In this document: positions 42,775 to 52,517 of the stretch, in pieces | How positions within the stretch are numbered: the first letter of the stretch is position 1 | How the letters are laid out: the number at the start of each line of letters is the position of its first letter | Source of the DNA: Candidatus Zhuqueibacterota bacterium | Lineage (GTDB): Bacteria > SM23-31 | DNA: 64,000 nt | NCBI GenBank assembly: GCA_042564455.1 | Contig: JBHPLC010000001.1 | Span: 23,172-87,171, forward strand | Direction: 5' to 3' | Made by a program: the position numbers and the translations under genes | Notes under the pieces: model-generated | Seen by the model: the letters and a program-made list of their open reading frames with translations, nothing else | Told to the model about the DNA's origin: nothing | Databases searched by the model: none

Positions 42775-45438
42775 ATGGAGACCAAATATATGTCTGCCCG
42801 AAAAAAAGTATGCATAATATTATTTCTAATGGTTTTTTTATTCCTTCCGGGAATAGTGCAAAGTCAGGTACAGTTGACTGAAGATGATCTGAAAAGTCTT
42901 CAGTACAGAAATCTTGGACCATTCAGGGCAGGTGGATGGATCACTGATATCGCTGTACCGGAGTTTCCTGAAAAAGCACACCTTTATACATTTTATGCTG
43001 CAACAAGAAACGGGGGTGTCTGGAAAACTACCAACAACGGGACCACATTTGAGCCGATTTTTGATGACCAGGAAGTTCTTTCAATAGGAGATGTGACACT
43101 TTCTCCTTCTAATCCGGATATCGTATGGGTTGGGACTGGGGAGGCGGCAAATGCCCGCAGTTCTTACTGGGGAGACGGGGTGTATAAATCGACCGATGCA
43201 GGTCAAACATGGCAGAACATGGGATTAACCGATTCACATCATATTGCACGGATCGTTATACATCCTGAAAATCCCGATATTGTTTATGTTGCAGCAATGG
43301 GACATCTGTATTCATTCAATGAAGAGCGGGGAGTGTTTAAGACGGTCAACGGCGGAAGAACATGGGAGAAAGTACTGTATATAAATGAGAAAGTCGGAGT
43401 GATCGATCTGGTAATGAACAGAAAAAATCCGAATATCCTTTATGCTGCTGCCTATGAAAAATACAGGTACCCATGGCATTTCGAAGAGGGCGGACCTGAG
43501 AGCGGCATTTACAAAACTACTGACGCAGGTGAACATTGGACAAAACTCGGAGGCGGCCTTCCGGAAGGAAAGATCGGGAGAATTGGGTTCGACATATATC
43601 AAAAGAATCCGGATATCCTGTATGCGGTGGTTGAGAACGCCAATGTACGTCCTCCAACCGCACAGGAAGCAGAGCAGGACCAACGAAGAGGAAGGGGATC
43701 ACAGGAGAGAATTTTCGGTGGAGAAGTGTACCGTTCAGAAAATGCCGGAGTTACCTGGATAAAGACTAATACTATCGAGGACAACGTTGGAGGAAAAGCT
43801 GCGTATTCGTTCAATCAGATCCGTGTTGATCCGAATAACGAAATGAATGTCTTTGTCACCAGTGTAGCCATAGCAAGTTCTAACGACGGCGGAAAAACAT
43901 GGTTTGACATCGACTGGCCTCCACGGCGAATGTTTTCGCGTAGTTTCGGTGATGTACGCTGCTTCTGGATAGATCCTCAAAATTCTGACCGGATGATAAT
44001 GGGAAGTGATGGCGGTGTGCATATTACATATGATGGAGGAAAAACATGTGACCATTATACAAACCTGCCTCTTGGTGAGATTTACGCTATTGGTGTCGAT
44101 ATGGATTATCCTTATAACGTCTATGCCGGACTGCAGGACCACGAATCCTGGAAAGGCCCGAGCAACAGCTGGTCGGGATCGATAACACTTGATGACTGGG
44201 TGACTGTCGGTACCGGAGACGGGATGTACAATCAGGTTGATCCGAACGACAGCCGATGGCTTTATAATACCAGTCAGTTTGGTGACCATTATCGTTTGGA
44301 TCAGAAACTGGGAATCCGTGAAAGCATTGTCCCGAGAAGAGGACGGGATCAGGAATCGTACCGATTTAACTGGAATACACCAATTCATATATCACCGCAT
44401 AACAGTGAGATCATCTATACGGGAACGCAAGGTCTGCTACGCTCGATGCACCGTGGAGACAAATGGCAGGAAATTAGCCCGGACCTGACGGAAAACGATC
44501 CGGTAAAGATCGCGGGAAGAGGACATATACAGTATTGTACGATAACAACTATCTCAGAATCACCGGTCACTCCGGGTATAATATGGGTGGGGACAGATGA
44601 CGGAAAAGTGTGGATCACTCAGAATCATGGTACTGTCTGGACAGAGTGTACAACAGCTATAACTGAAACCGGAGGACCTGCAAATTACTGGGTAAGCCGG
44701 GTATTCGCATCAAATTTCAGTGATGGAACTGCATACATTACAAAGACCGGATACAGGAGAGATGATTTCCTGACATTTGTTTTTATGACCGACGATTTCG
44801 GTGAATCATGGACCTCGATTTCCGGTAATATAGAGAATAAACCGGTTAATGTAATTGTTGAAGATAGAGTTAACCCAGACCTGTTATTTCTGGGGACTGA
44901 TAGAGGCATATATGTTTCTATTAACGGTGGGAGCAACTGGATAAGATTGAAAAACAACATGCCGACTGTTCCGGTTCATGACCTTGTTATCCATCCGCGG
45001 GAAAAGGACCTTGTAGCCGGAACGTATGGCAGAAGTCTTTTTATTACCGATATTACTCCCCTGCAGGAATTAAATGAGGATGTTCTCTCAGAAAATGTTC
45101 ATTTGTTTTCAGTTGCACCGAAGATCCCTCAACGGGGTCGAGCAATGGGTAATTATAACCTGTATGGCCACAGGTATGTCACCACACGCAATGAGCCTAA
45201 TGCCCTTGAGATCTATTATTTCCTCAAAGAATCTGTAAACAATGACATTACTATTACTGTTTCAGAACCATCCGGTGAAATTATTCGTACACTGAGAGGC
45301 ACGCAGGACAGGGGAATAAACAAGGTATTGTGGAATATTGGCAGAGTATCTCCGGGAGAGTATCTTGTAACTCTTGAATCAGGTAGTATTCGTTTATCGC
45401 AGAAAGCTCTTGTCAAATCATCTGCTGATTCTAAGTAA
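42775..45438 (+). CDS. Sortilin/VPS10-like BNR-repeat protein (paralog)
   Basis: 887 aa, collinear with the upstream gene (GGVWKTTNNGTTFEP, YKSTDAGQTWQNMG, FKTVNGGRTWEK). Confidence 0.75.
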   Translation: METKYMSARKKVCIILFLMVFLFLPGIVQSQVQLTEDDLKSLQYRNLGPFRAGGWITDIAVPEFPEKAHLYTFYAATRNGGVWKTTNNGTTFEPIFDDQEVLSIGDVTLSPSNPDIVWVGTGEAANARSSYWGDGVYKSTDAGQTWQNMGLTDSHHIARIVIHPENPDIVYVAAMGHLYSFNEERGVFKTVNGGRTWEKVLYINEKVGVIDLVMNRKNPNILYAAAYEKYRYPWHFEEGGPESGIYKTTDAGEHWTKLGGGLPEGKIGRIGFDIYQKNPDILYAVVENANVRPPTAQEAEQDQRRGRGSQERIFGGEVYRSENAGVTWIKTNTIEDNVGGKAAYSFNQIRVDPNNEMNVFVTSVAIASSNDGGKTWFDIDWPPRRMFSRSFGDVRCFWIDPQNSDRMIMGSDGGVHITYDGGKTCDHYTNLPLGEIYAIGVDMDYPYNVYAGLQDHESWKGPSNSWSGSITLDDWVTVGTGDGMYNQVDPNDSRWLYNTSQFGDHYRLDQKLGIRESIVPRRGRDQESYRFNWNTPIHISPHNSEIIYTGTQGLLRSMHRGDKWQEISPDLTENDPVKIAGRGHIQYCTITTISESPVTPGIIWVGTDDGKVWITQNHGTVWTECTTAITETGGPANYWVSRVFASNFSDGTAYITKTGYRRDDFLTFVFMTDDFGESWTSISGNIENKPVNVIVEDRVNPDLLFLGTDRGIYVSINGGSNWIRLKNNMPTVPVHDLVIHPREKDLVAGTYGRSLFITDITPLQELNEDVLSENVHLFSVAPKIPQRGRAMGNYNLYGHRYVTTRNEPNALEIYYFLKESVNNDITITVSEPSGEIIRTLRGTQDRGINKVLWNIGRVSPGEYLVTLESGSIRLSQKALVKSSADSK

Positions 45439-45460
45439 AACTATATAGACGGGGAAAACT

Positions 45461-47839
45461 ATGAATATTCTTCCTTTTAAAAGAAAAATACACTATATGA
45501 TTCTATTGATATCATTGACTGTATTAATGATATCATGTTCTAAAAATGGACAAATGGATGCCGGTAGGATCCCGAATACATCATTTGAAGAAATGGATGA
45601 AAATAAACCGGCCGGCTGGTCGGAATACCGTTTTGGCGGAAGGCCGCAGTTGGTTTATGCTGACAGCGGAAAAACAGGGACAAAAAGTGTGATGATTTCT
45701 TCTGAGCGGGGTGCTGATGGAGCATGGGGTGTAATTATTCCGGTGAAACCGTATTCAAATTACCGGCTATCAGGCTGGATAAAGACTGAGGATGTTGAAG
45801 TAAACCGTGGAGGAAGAGGAGCTTTATTCAATTTGCATACCGTCAGCAACGCTCAGACTGAGGCACTGACCGGAACAAATGACTGGACACAAGTGGAGAT
45901 GGAATTCAATACTGACAGGATTGATGCTGTCCAGATAAACTGTCTATTTGGCGGATGGGGACGTGCAACAGGTAAAGCCTGGTTCGATGATGTTGAGTTA
46001 GAACTTATTTCAACAAAAGAACTGAATCCGACTGTGACAATTAATACTGATCTGACAAAAGAACCTATTTCCAAATATATTTACGGGCAGTTTATTGAAC
46101 ATCTCGGCAGATGTATTTACGGCGGTATCTGGGCAGAAATGATCGAAGACAGGAAATTCTATTACGGTTTCAGCAATTCACAGACACCATGGGAAATTAT
46201 TGGTGATTCTCTTAATATTACATTGAATTCGGAAAACTCATTTGTCGGTGACCAGACTCCGCAAATAATATTGAAGGGTGATGGATCGGTTTCCGGATTA
46301 TACCAGGAGAATCTGGGTATTATTAAGGATATGGGATACGATGGAAGGATCGTTCTCAGCGGAGATGCTGAGGCTGCAACAGTCGAGGTCAGTCTCGTAT
46401 GGGGGAGTAATGAAAATGACAGGGAAACTGTTATTATAAAAGATTTGACTGAAGATTATAGAACAGTTCCGCTTCGTTTTACTGCTAAAAAGTCAACGGA
46501 TCAGGGAGGGATAGAAATAATCAGCCGCGGTAAGGGCAGTTTTAACATCGGTACGATTTCTCTGATGCCCGAAAACAATATTGAAGGAATCCGGCCAGAC
46601 GTTCTTGAGCTGCTCAAAGAACTTGATGCGCCTGTTTACCGCTGGCCGGGTGGTAATTTTGTCAGCGGGTATGACTGGAAGGACGGCATCGGTGATCCTG
46701 ATAAACGGCCGCCGAGAAAAAATCCTGCATGGAGAGGGGTCGAGCATAATGATGTGGGCGTTCATGAGTTTATAAGACTGTGCAGATTGATAGATACCGA
46801 ACCGTATGTTACAGTGAACACAGGACTGGGTACGATTGAAATGGCCGTTGAAGAACTCGAATATTGTAACGGCTCATCAGAAACTCCGATGGGCAGGCTT
46901 CGTGCCGAAAACGGTCATCCTGAACCATTTGATGTCACATGGTGGGCGATAGGGAATGAAATGTATGGAAACTGGCAGCTCGGCAATATGCCTGTAGAAG
47001 AATATGTCCGGAAACATAACAGGGTGGTTGACGCAATGCGGGCAATTGATCCGGATATCATAGTGGTAGGAGTCGGTTCGGTCGGCAGGTGGGACAGAGC
47101 GGTTTTAGGCGGAAGTTCGGATCATATGGATTATATAAGCGAACATTTTTACTGTCAGGAACGTCCCGGAATCATGGCACATGTGGCTCAGGCGCCGGGG
47201 CATGTGAAGCGAATATCCAATGCTGTACGGGAGTACCATGATTCCATACCGGAACTTTCCGGAAAAGAGGTTCGTATTGCCATGGATGAATGGAACTACT
47301 GGTATGGGCCGCATATTTACGGTGAACTCGGCACAAGGTACTTCCTGAAGGATGCTTTAGGCATAGCATCAGGATTTCACGAGTTTTTCAGAAACAGTGA
47401 TATTGTCTATATGGCTAATTATGCTCAGACTGTTAATGTTATTGGATGCATCAAAACAACAAAAACAGAAGCTGCATTTGCTACGACAGGCCTGGTGCTG
47501 AAACTCTACAGGCAACATTACGGTACAATACCAGTTGAGATCGGCGGAACTCCTGAACCGTTAGATGTAGTCGCAGCGTGGACGGAAGATAAAACAAGAC
47601 TGATAGTTGGGATCGTCAATCCGACCAATGAAAAATATGAATTGCCCATTGCTGTTTCCGGAACATCGTTTGCAGATGAAGGGATTATAAGGCTTATTAC
47701 AGGAGATGCAATGGATTATAATGAGCCCGGGAAAAAACCGGTGGTGACCATTCAGGAAAAGTCGGTTAAGCTGTCTTCCGGAAAGTTAAAGGTGCCTCCG
47801 GTCAGCATATCATTGTATGAATTTCCTGTGATAAAATAG
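45461..47839 (+). CDS. GH51 alpha-L-arabinofuranosidase lipoprotein with N-terminal CBM4/9-like module
   Basis: Lipobox 'MISCS' and a CBM-like 'AWFDDVEL'. 'YRWPGGNFVSGYDWKDGIG', 'WAIGNEMYGNW' (acid/base Glu) and 'IAMDEWNYW' (nucleophile Glu). Confidence 0.8.
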   Translation: MNILPFKRKIHYMILLISLTVLMISCSKNGQMDAGRIPNTSFEEMDENKPAGWSEYRFGGRPQLVYADSGKTGTKSVMISSERGADGAWGVIIPVKPYSNYRLSGWIKTEDVEVNRGGRGALFNLHTVSNAQTEALTGTNDWTQVEMEFNTDRIDAVQINCLFGGWGRATGKAWFDDVELELISTKELNPTVTINTDLTKEPISKYIYGQFIEHLGRCIYGGIWAEMIEDRKFYYGFSNSQTPWEIIGDSLNITLNSENSFVGDQTPQIILKGDGSVSGLYQENLGIIKDMGYDGRIVLSGDAEAATVEVSLVWGSNENDRETVIIKDLTEDYRTVPLRFTAKKSTDQGGIEIISRGKGSFNIGTISLMPENNIEGIRPDVLELLKELDAPVYRWPGGNFVSGYDWKDGIGDPDKRPPRKNPAWRGVEHNDVGVHEFIRLCRLIDTEPYVTVNTGLGTIEMAVEELEYCNGSSETPMGRLRAENGHPEPFDVTWWAIGNEMYGNWQLGNMPVEEYVRKHNRVVDAMRAIDPDIIVVGVGSVGRWDRAVLGGSSDHMDYISEHFYCQERPGIMAHVAQAPGHVKRISNAVREYHDSIPELSGKEVRIAMDEWNYWYGPHIYGELGTRYFLKDALGIASGFHEFFRNSDIVYMANYAQTVNVIGCIKTTKTEAAFATTGLVLKLYRQHYGTIPVEIGGTPEPLDVVAAWTEDKTRLIVGIVNPTNEKYELPIAVSGTSFADEGIIRLITGDAMDYNEPGKKPVVTIQEKSVKLSSGKLKVPPVSISLYEFPVIK

Positions 47840-47887
47840 AAGTCTATTAAATAGAATTCGATTATTCACATAGAAGCGGAGAAATTA

Positions 47888-48754
47888 TTGAAGTCTGATC
47901 TTGAATGCCTGGTCTGCCTGATGAAGCAGGCACTGAATACTGTAAGGATTGCCTCAGATGATATGAATATTCAACGTATGGTACTTGACCGTGTTGCAGG
48001 TGAAATACAGAAATCAGACCTGTTCCGGTCACCTGCAGATATTTCAACTATAGTTTACAGAATAGTTTCTGAAGTAACAGGAATAGCTGATCCATATCAC
48101 GAGATCAAAAAACGGACAAACAAAGAAGCCCTCCAAATGCTTCCTTTTCTCAAAGAAGTCGTGTCCAATGCGGATGATACGCTTGACGCTGCGCTGCACA
48201 TTGCTGTGGCTGGTAATATTATAGATGTTGGGATCGGCCATGCCTATGATTTAAAGAATGATGTTGCCGATATTCTTAAAACAGAATTTGTCGTAAATGA
48301 TATTGATGCATTTAGAAAGGAATTGCATCCGGGAAGGAAACTGCTGTTTCTGGGAGATAACTCGGGTGAAATAGTTTTCGACAGAATACTAATAGAAGAA
48401 TTGCTGAATTACGATGTTGATATTACTTTTGTTGTCAAGTCAGGACCCATCATAAATGATGCTATGATGGAAGATGCTGAAGAGGCAGGTACTAAAGATC
48501 TGGTCCCTGTTATCGAGACCGGCTCCAATGACATAGGTGTTAATTTCGAAAATGTATCAGATCAATTTAGAGAAGCCTTAAGTGAATCGGAAGTCATTAT
48601 TGCCAAGGGGCATGGTAATTTTGAAACATGTTCGGATAAACCTGGTAATTTCTACTTTCTCCTGAAAGCAAAATGTAATGTTGTTGCAAATGAACTGAGC
48701 ATCAGTAAAAACGATATTGCTTTTAAGCATCACTTAGTGTTATTTGATGAATAA
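47888..48754 (+). CDS. DUF89 (ARMT1-like damage-control phosphatase) family protein
   Basis: 'CLVCLMKQAL' N-terminus, 'LGDNSGEIVFD' and 'AKGHGNFE'. The track start is TTG, so the exact start is uncertain. Confidence 0.7.
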   Translation: MKSDLECLVCLMKQALNTVRIASDDMNIQRMVLDRVAGEIQKSDLFRSPADISTIVYRIVSEVTGIADPYHEIKKRTNKEALQMLPFLKEVVSNADDTLDAALHIAVAGNIIDVGIGHAYDLKNDVADILKTEFVVNDIDAFRKELHPGRKLLFLGDNSGEIVFDRILIEELLNYDVDITFVVKSGPIINDAMMEDAEEAGTKDLVPVIETGSNDIGVNFENVSDQFREALSESEVIIAKGHGNFETCSDKPGNFYFLLKAKCNVVANELSISKNDIAFKHHLVLFDE

Positions 48755-48759
48755 ATACG

Positions 48760-48805
48760 TGGAATCATAATCCAGGTGTCGGGGATTCGAATCCCTGCTC
48801 CGCTA
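48760..48805 (+). pseudogene. Decayed 3' fragment of a tRNA(CAU) gene (anticodon arm to discriminator)
   Basis: TGGA-ATCATAA-TCCA (CAT at 48766-48768), a T-loop TTCGAAT with an imperfect stem, and acceptor 3' strand CTCCGCT+A (tRNA at 20743 has CCCCGCT+A). No 5' half is present: the fragment starts 5 nt after the DUF89 stop codon. Confidence 0.6.
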
Positions 48806-48816
48806 CTAAAGTATAA

Positions 48817-48850
48817 ACAAGGACTTAGAGCTTAAATTTGAATCCTTTTT
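48817..48850 (+). repeat. Copy B of the tRNA-terminator element
   Basis: ACAAGGACTTAGAGCTTAAATTTGAATCCTTTTT aligns with 20828-20866 with few differences. Flanking similarity continues (TTCCAC..ATTC.CACCAT.TAA). Confidence 0.65.
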
Positions 48851-49184
48851 ATTTTGTACAATTAAATGTTTCCACCATTATTCACACCATTTAACACCAA
48901 TATTGACGAAAATTGGCAGAATGGTTGTTTCAACAAATCATCATTCACGTATTCTGGCTTAGAAGCATACAATTCAGTGACACATTTCCTGTGATTCCAA
49001 ATCATATGATATATTTGACATTCCAGTAAGAATTAGATATATTTCAACACAACTTTTTCTTTTCTATAATAGGACAGTTACAAATGTGAAGTGGTGCTTC
49101 TATGAGATATCTAACTATAATCGTCCTTTAATTCTCTTTGTCAGTAATTAACAAATTCACAGGATATTTAAATTCTTTTCTAAT

Positions 49185-49220
49185 GAAAAAAGGGCGGATG
49201 GAATTTTATCCAGCCGCCCT
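49185..49220 (-). terminator. Intrinsic terminator of the 49244..52225 gene
   Basis: Stem GGGCGGATGGA / TCCAGCCGCCC (49192-49219). On the minus strand it is followed by TTTTTT (complement of the A-run 49186-49191). Confidence 0.8.
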
Positions 49221-49243
49221 TATTGTTTATTGCTAAATTTAGA

Positions 49244-52225
49244 TTATCTTCCGCTTACTAACGGATCTGCGCGAATAGTTAACTTGTTAGTGAATGACTG
49301 ACCGAATACTGTCATTGTAACACCGTATTCACCAACACCCGCTCTGGAGCCGCCGCGTCCGCGTCCACCACGTCCGCCGCCGCCCATTATTTCCCTCTGT
49401 TTCGCCTGGAATTCATTATATCTGCGAAGGTCTGTTCCTACATTTCTGGCATCATTGAGCAGCTGCTGAAGTTGTGAGCGCTGTGCACCTGTAGCCTGCT
49501 GAATCTGTTGTTCGATCTGTTGTTGTGCCTGAGCTATAGTCTGTTCTATCTGCCGGGCTGATGGATCGAACGCCATATCCCACGTAAGCCTGTTAATACC
49601 GGCTTCACCTGAAATAGTAAACGTACGTTTATTTGTGCCTGTAACGTCGGTTATCACTATATCTACCGGAGCTGGAGATCTTAAATAATAGCTGATTACA
49701 GGATTGTTCGGTGGATTCTCACCATAGAAACGGAATGTGCCGTATCTTGTTCCGGCAGTTTGATTCATCCATTGTGTTGAAGTTCTGCTTTCAAATAACT
49801 GGGCATCAGTTCCCAGTACCTCTTCGGTTGCCTGCTGTAAAGAAGTAATGTCATCCAGTATCCAGATACCTCGGCCGTGTGTCGCAGCAATAAGGTCGCC
49901 ATCACGCGGATGGATCAACAGATCATGTATGGCAACAGTAGGCAGATATCCGTTGTCCTTATCCTGCAAGTTGAGTTTTGACCATGTTTGTCCTTTATTC
50001 AAGGAGAAAAAGCAGAAAAACTCGCTTCCGGCAAATAGGAGGTTCGGATTCTTAAGATCTTCTTTGATGACATACATACAGTTCCCGAATTCAATTCCGT
50101 TTGTTATTTTCGTCCATGACTGACCGTAATCGGTAGTCATGAATACCCAAACGTCAAAATTGTCGCTTCTGTGGCCGTCAAAAGTCACATAACATGTGCC
50201 CTCATCGAAATGAGATGTCTCAACGCGGCTTACCCATATACCATCAGGAACTTCCGGAATTCTACTTCTGACATTCGTCCACATTTTCCCGCCGTTGCGT
50301 GTTATCTGCACGTTCCCGTCATCTGTTCCGGCCCAGATAAGAGCAGGATTGATAGAAGATTGAGAAATAGTGATAATGTTGCAGTGGTTTTCAGCGCCGG
50401 TAGCATCTCTTGTGATGCCTCCTGTATTTCTGTCTGTCTTTACCGGATCATTTGTCGTCAGGTCCGGGCTGATTATTTCCCAGTGATCGCCCCGGTCAAC
50501 GGATTTAAAAAGATAATTGCCTCCGAAGAAAATCGTATGCGGATTGTGCGGAGATAAAACTATCGGTGCGCTCCAGTTGAACCGGAAAGGATTTCTTCCT
50601 CCTCCTCGGCCGCCTCTCTGTCCCTGTTGAGCTCTTAGCTCTGCCGGCGGTGCAGGAGCTTCCTGTATGTAATCGCTGTAATTGGTGATATTATTCCGGC
50701 TCGGGCGAATACCTGAACTTTGGCGTGTTTCAACATTTACACGTGAAACCGAACCACCCTGGCTTTCCACATACCATGTGCGCCAGTCCAAAGGATCAGC
50801 CTGTGCATGGAATCCGTCGCCGCCGCCGATACTGTACCACTCACTGGTGAATATAGCGCTGTTCCGGCTTTTTGATGGACCGATCCATGTACCGTTATCC
50901 TGCAATCCGCCGGCAACATAATATGGATCGCGCATATCCGCACCGACTGCATAGAATTGACTGATCACGTAATTGTCAAAAAAGGTATAGTTTTGATGAT
51001 CATGAGTGATCGAAACACCGCCGTCACTACCTATATAATATCTATCGGGATTGGTCGGATCAAGCCACAAGGCGTGATAGTCGCCGTGATGGCCGCCGGG
51101 GCCATTGATCAGTGTTTTCCCTCCGTCCAATGATATCTGGTGGCCTTGCGCAAGTAAATACACTTTTTTGTCATCAGATGGATTGATGTAAATATGACTG
51201 TAATAGAACGGCCTGTTCTGGTAGCGGTTCATGAGTGTCCAGTTGTTACCGCCATCCTCAGAACGATAAACACCTGATCCCAGCCTGGACAAGTCATTGT
51301 ATTCCGGATTAGGAACTTGTGTTCCGTCTGCATTCCTGATCTGCCGAGAAGGTTGAAAAGTATGCTCAAGGAAAGCCATGACGACTTTTGGATTGCTTGC
51401 GGCAATTGCAAGGCCAATTTTTCCTGTCTGGCCTTCGGGAAGTCCCTTGGTAAGTTTCTTCCAGGAGTTTCCGCCGTTCGTTGTTTTATAGATACCTCCG
51501 TTTCCTTCACCGCCGTTGGGTCCGCCGGAGTCAAAACGCCAGGGTGTGCGGAGTCTTTCCCACATCGAAACAAAGAGTTCATTCTTGTTCTTTGGATTGA
51601 TGATCAGGTCTATCGCTCCTGTCTTGCCGTCATCAGGAAGGCCGTTGGTAAGCTTTTCCCAGGTTTGACCGCCGTCTGTTGTTTTGTAGAGACCTCGGTC
51701 ACCTGAATAACCCCATAGGTGTCCCGGTGCGGCAACCCAGACGATATCCGGGTTGTCAGGATGTATGATGATTCTGCCGATAGCATGGGTGTCTTCGAGT
51801 CCCACTATATTGAACGTTCTGCCGCCGTCAGTTGATTTGTATACACCGTTACCCCAGGCGATACTGTTACGCGGATTTCTCTCGCCTGTACCTACCCAGA
51901 TGATATCGGGATTTTTCTGACTGATTGCAATGTCACCAATGGATGCGGCGCCGTATTTATCAAATATCGGCTCGAATGTCGTTCCCGCATTTGTCGATTT
52001 CCACACACCGCCGGAAGCCGAAGCGACCAGTACGTGAGTAAAATCATCATTTAGCGCCTCAATATCCGAAATGCGGCCGGACATATTAGCTGGCCCGATA
52101 TTACGCCACTGCAGATCCTTAATATAGTTTTCCTGAGCAGTCTGCGCAAATGCCAGACCGGCAAAAAGAATTAGACATAATACTGCAGCTATTTTGATGC
52201 TGATACGGATGTTATGATTATACAT
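49244..52225 (-). CDS. Sortilin/VPS10-like BNR-repeat protein (third paralog) with Gln-rich and RGG-rich C-terminal segments
   Basis: 993 aa with a signal peptide. 'GGVWKSTNAGTTFEP', 'YKSTDGGRTFN' and 'YKTTDGGQTWEK'. Low-complexity segments 'QQQIEQQIQQATGAQRSQLQQLL' and 'GGGGRGGRGRGGSRAG'. Confidence 0.75.
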   Translation of the reverse strand: MYNHNIRISIKIAAVLCLILFAGLAFAQTAQENYIKDLQWRNIGPANMSGRISDIEALNDDFTHVLVASASGGVWKSTNAGTTFEPIFDKYGAASIGDIAISQKNPDIIWVGTGERNPRNSIAWGNGVYKSTDGGRTFNIVGLEDTHAIGRIIIHPDNPDIVWVAAPGHLWGYSGDRGLYKTTDGGQTWEKLTNGLPDDGKTGAIDLIINPKNKNELFVSMWERLRTPWRFDSGGPNGGEGNGGIYKTTNGGNSWKKLTKGLPEGQTGKIGLAIAASNPKVVMAFLEHTFQPSRQIRNADGTQVPNPEYNDLSRLGSGVYRSEDGGNNWTLMNRYQNRPFYYSHIYINPSDDKKVYLLAQGHQISLDGGKTLINGPGGHHGDYHALWLDPTNPDRYYIGSDGGVSITHDHQNYTFFDNYVISQFYAVGADMRDPYYVAGGLQDNGTWIGPSKSRNSAIFTSEWYSIGGGDGFHAQADPLDWRTWYVESQGGSVSRVNVETRQSSGIRPSRNNITNYSDYIQEAPAPPAELRAQQGQRGGRGGGRNPFRFNWSAPIVLSPHNPHTIFFGGNYLFKSVDRGDHWEIISPDLTTNDPVKTDRNTGGITRDATGAENHCNIITISQSSINPALIWAGTDDGNVQITRNGGKMWTNVRSRIPEVPDGIWVSRVETSHFDEGTCYVTFDGHRSDNFDVWVFMTTDYGQSWTKITNGIEFGNCMYVIKEDLKNPNLLFAGSEFFCFFSLNKGQTWSKLNLQDKDNGYLPTVAIHDLLIHPRDGDLIAATHGRGIWILDDITSLQQATEEVLGTDAQLFESRTSTQWMNQTAGTRYGTFRFYGENPPNNPVISYYLRSPAPVDIVITDVTGTNKRTFTISGEAGINRLTWDMAFDPSARQIEQTIAQAQQQIEQQIQQATGAQRSQLQQLLNDARNVGTDLRRYNEFQAKQREIMGGGGRGGRGRGGSRAGVGEYGVTMTVFGQSFTNKLTIRADPLVSGR

Positions 52226-52517
52226 ATCATACCCTCCCTCATGTTAAGATGAGTTATTTGTTGGTTTGTTATGATTATTTGGACTTTACAAACTAAACTT
52301 AATTGAATTGTGTTCAAACAAGAATTATAAATAGACCGGGTATATTACTGTTATGCCATTATATACAATACTGTAGAATAATGGTTTTTATTCAAAAATC
52401 AAGGTTTTTCTGATTGGCACTGCTTAAAATTTACCATTACTAATTCAACAATATCCTTGATAATTCTTTCTAAAAATTAATACGAGGAATAACTTTTATC
52501 TCCTGAAAGAAGGCAAA

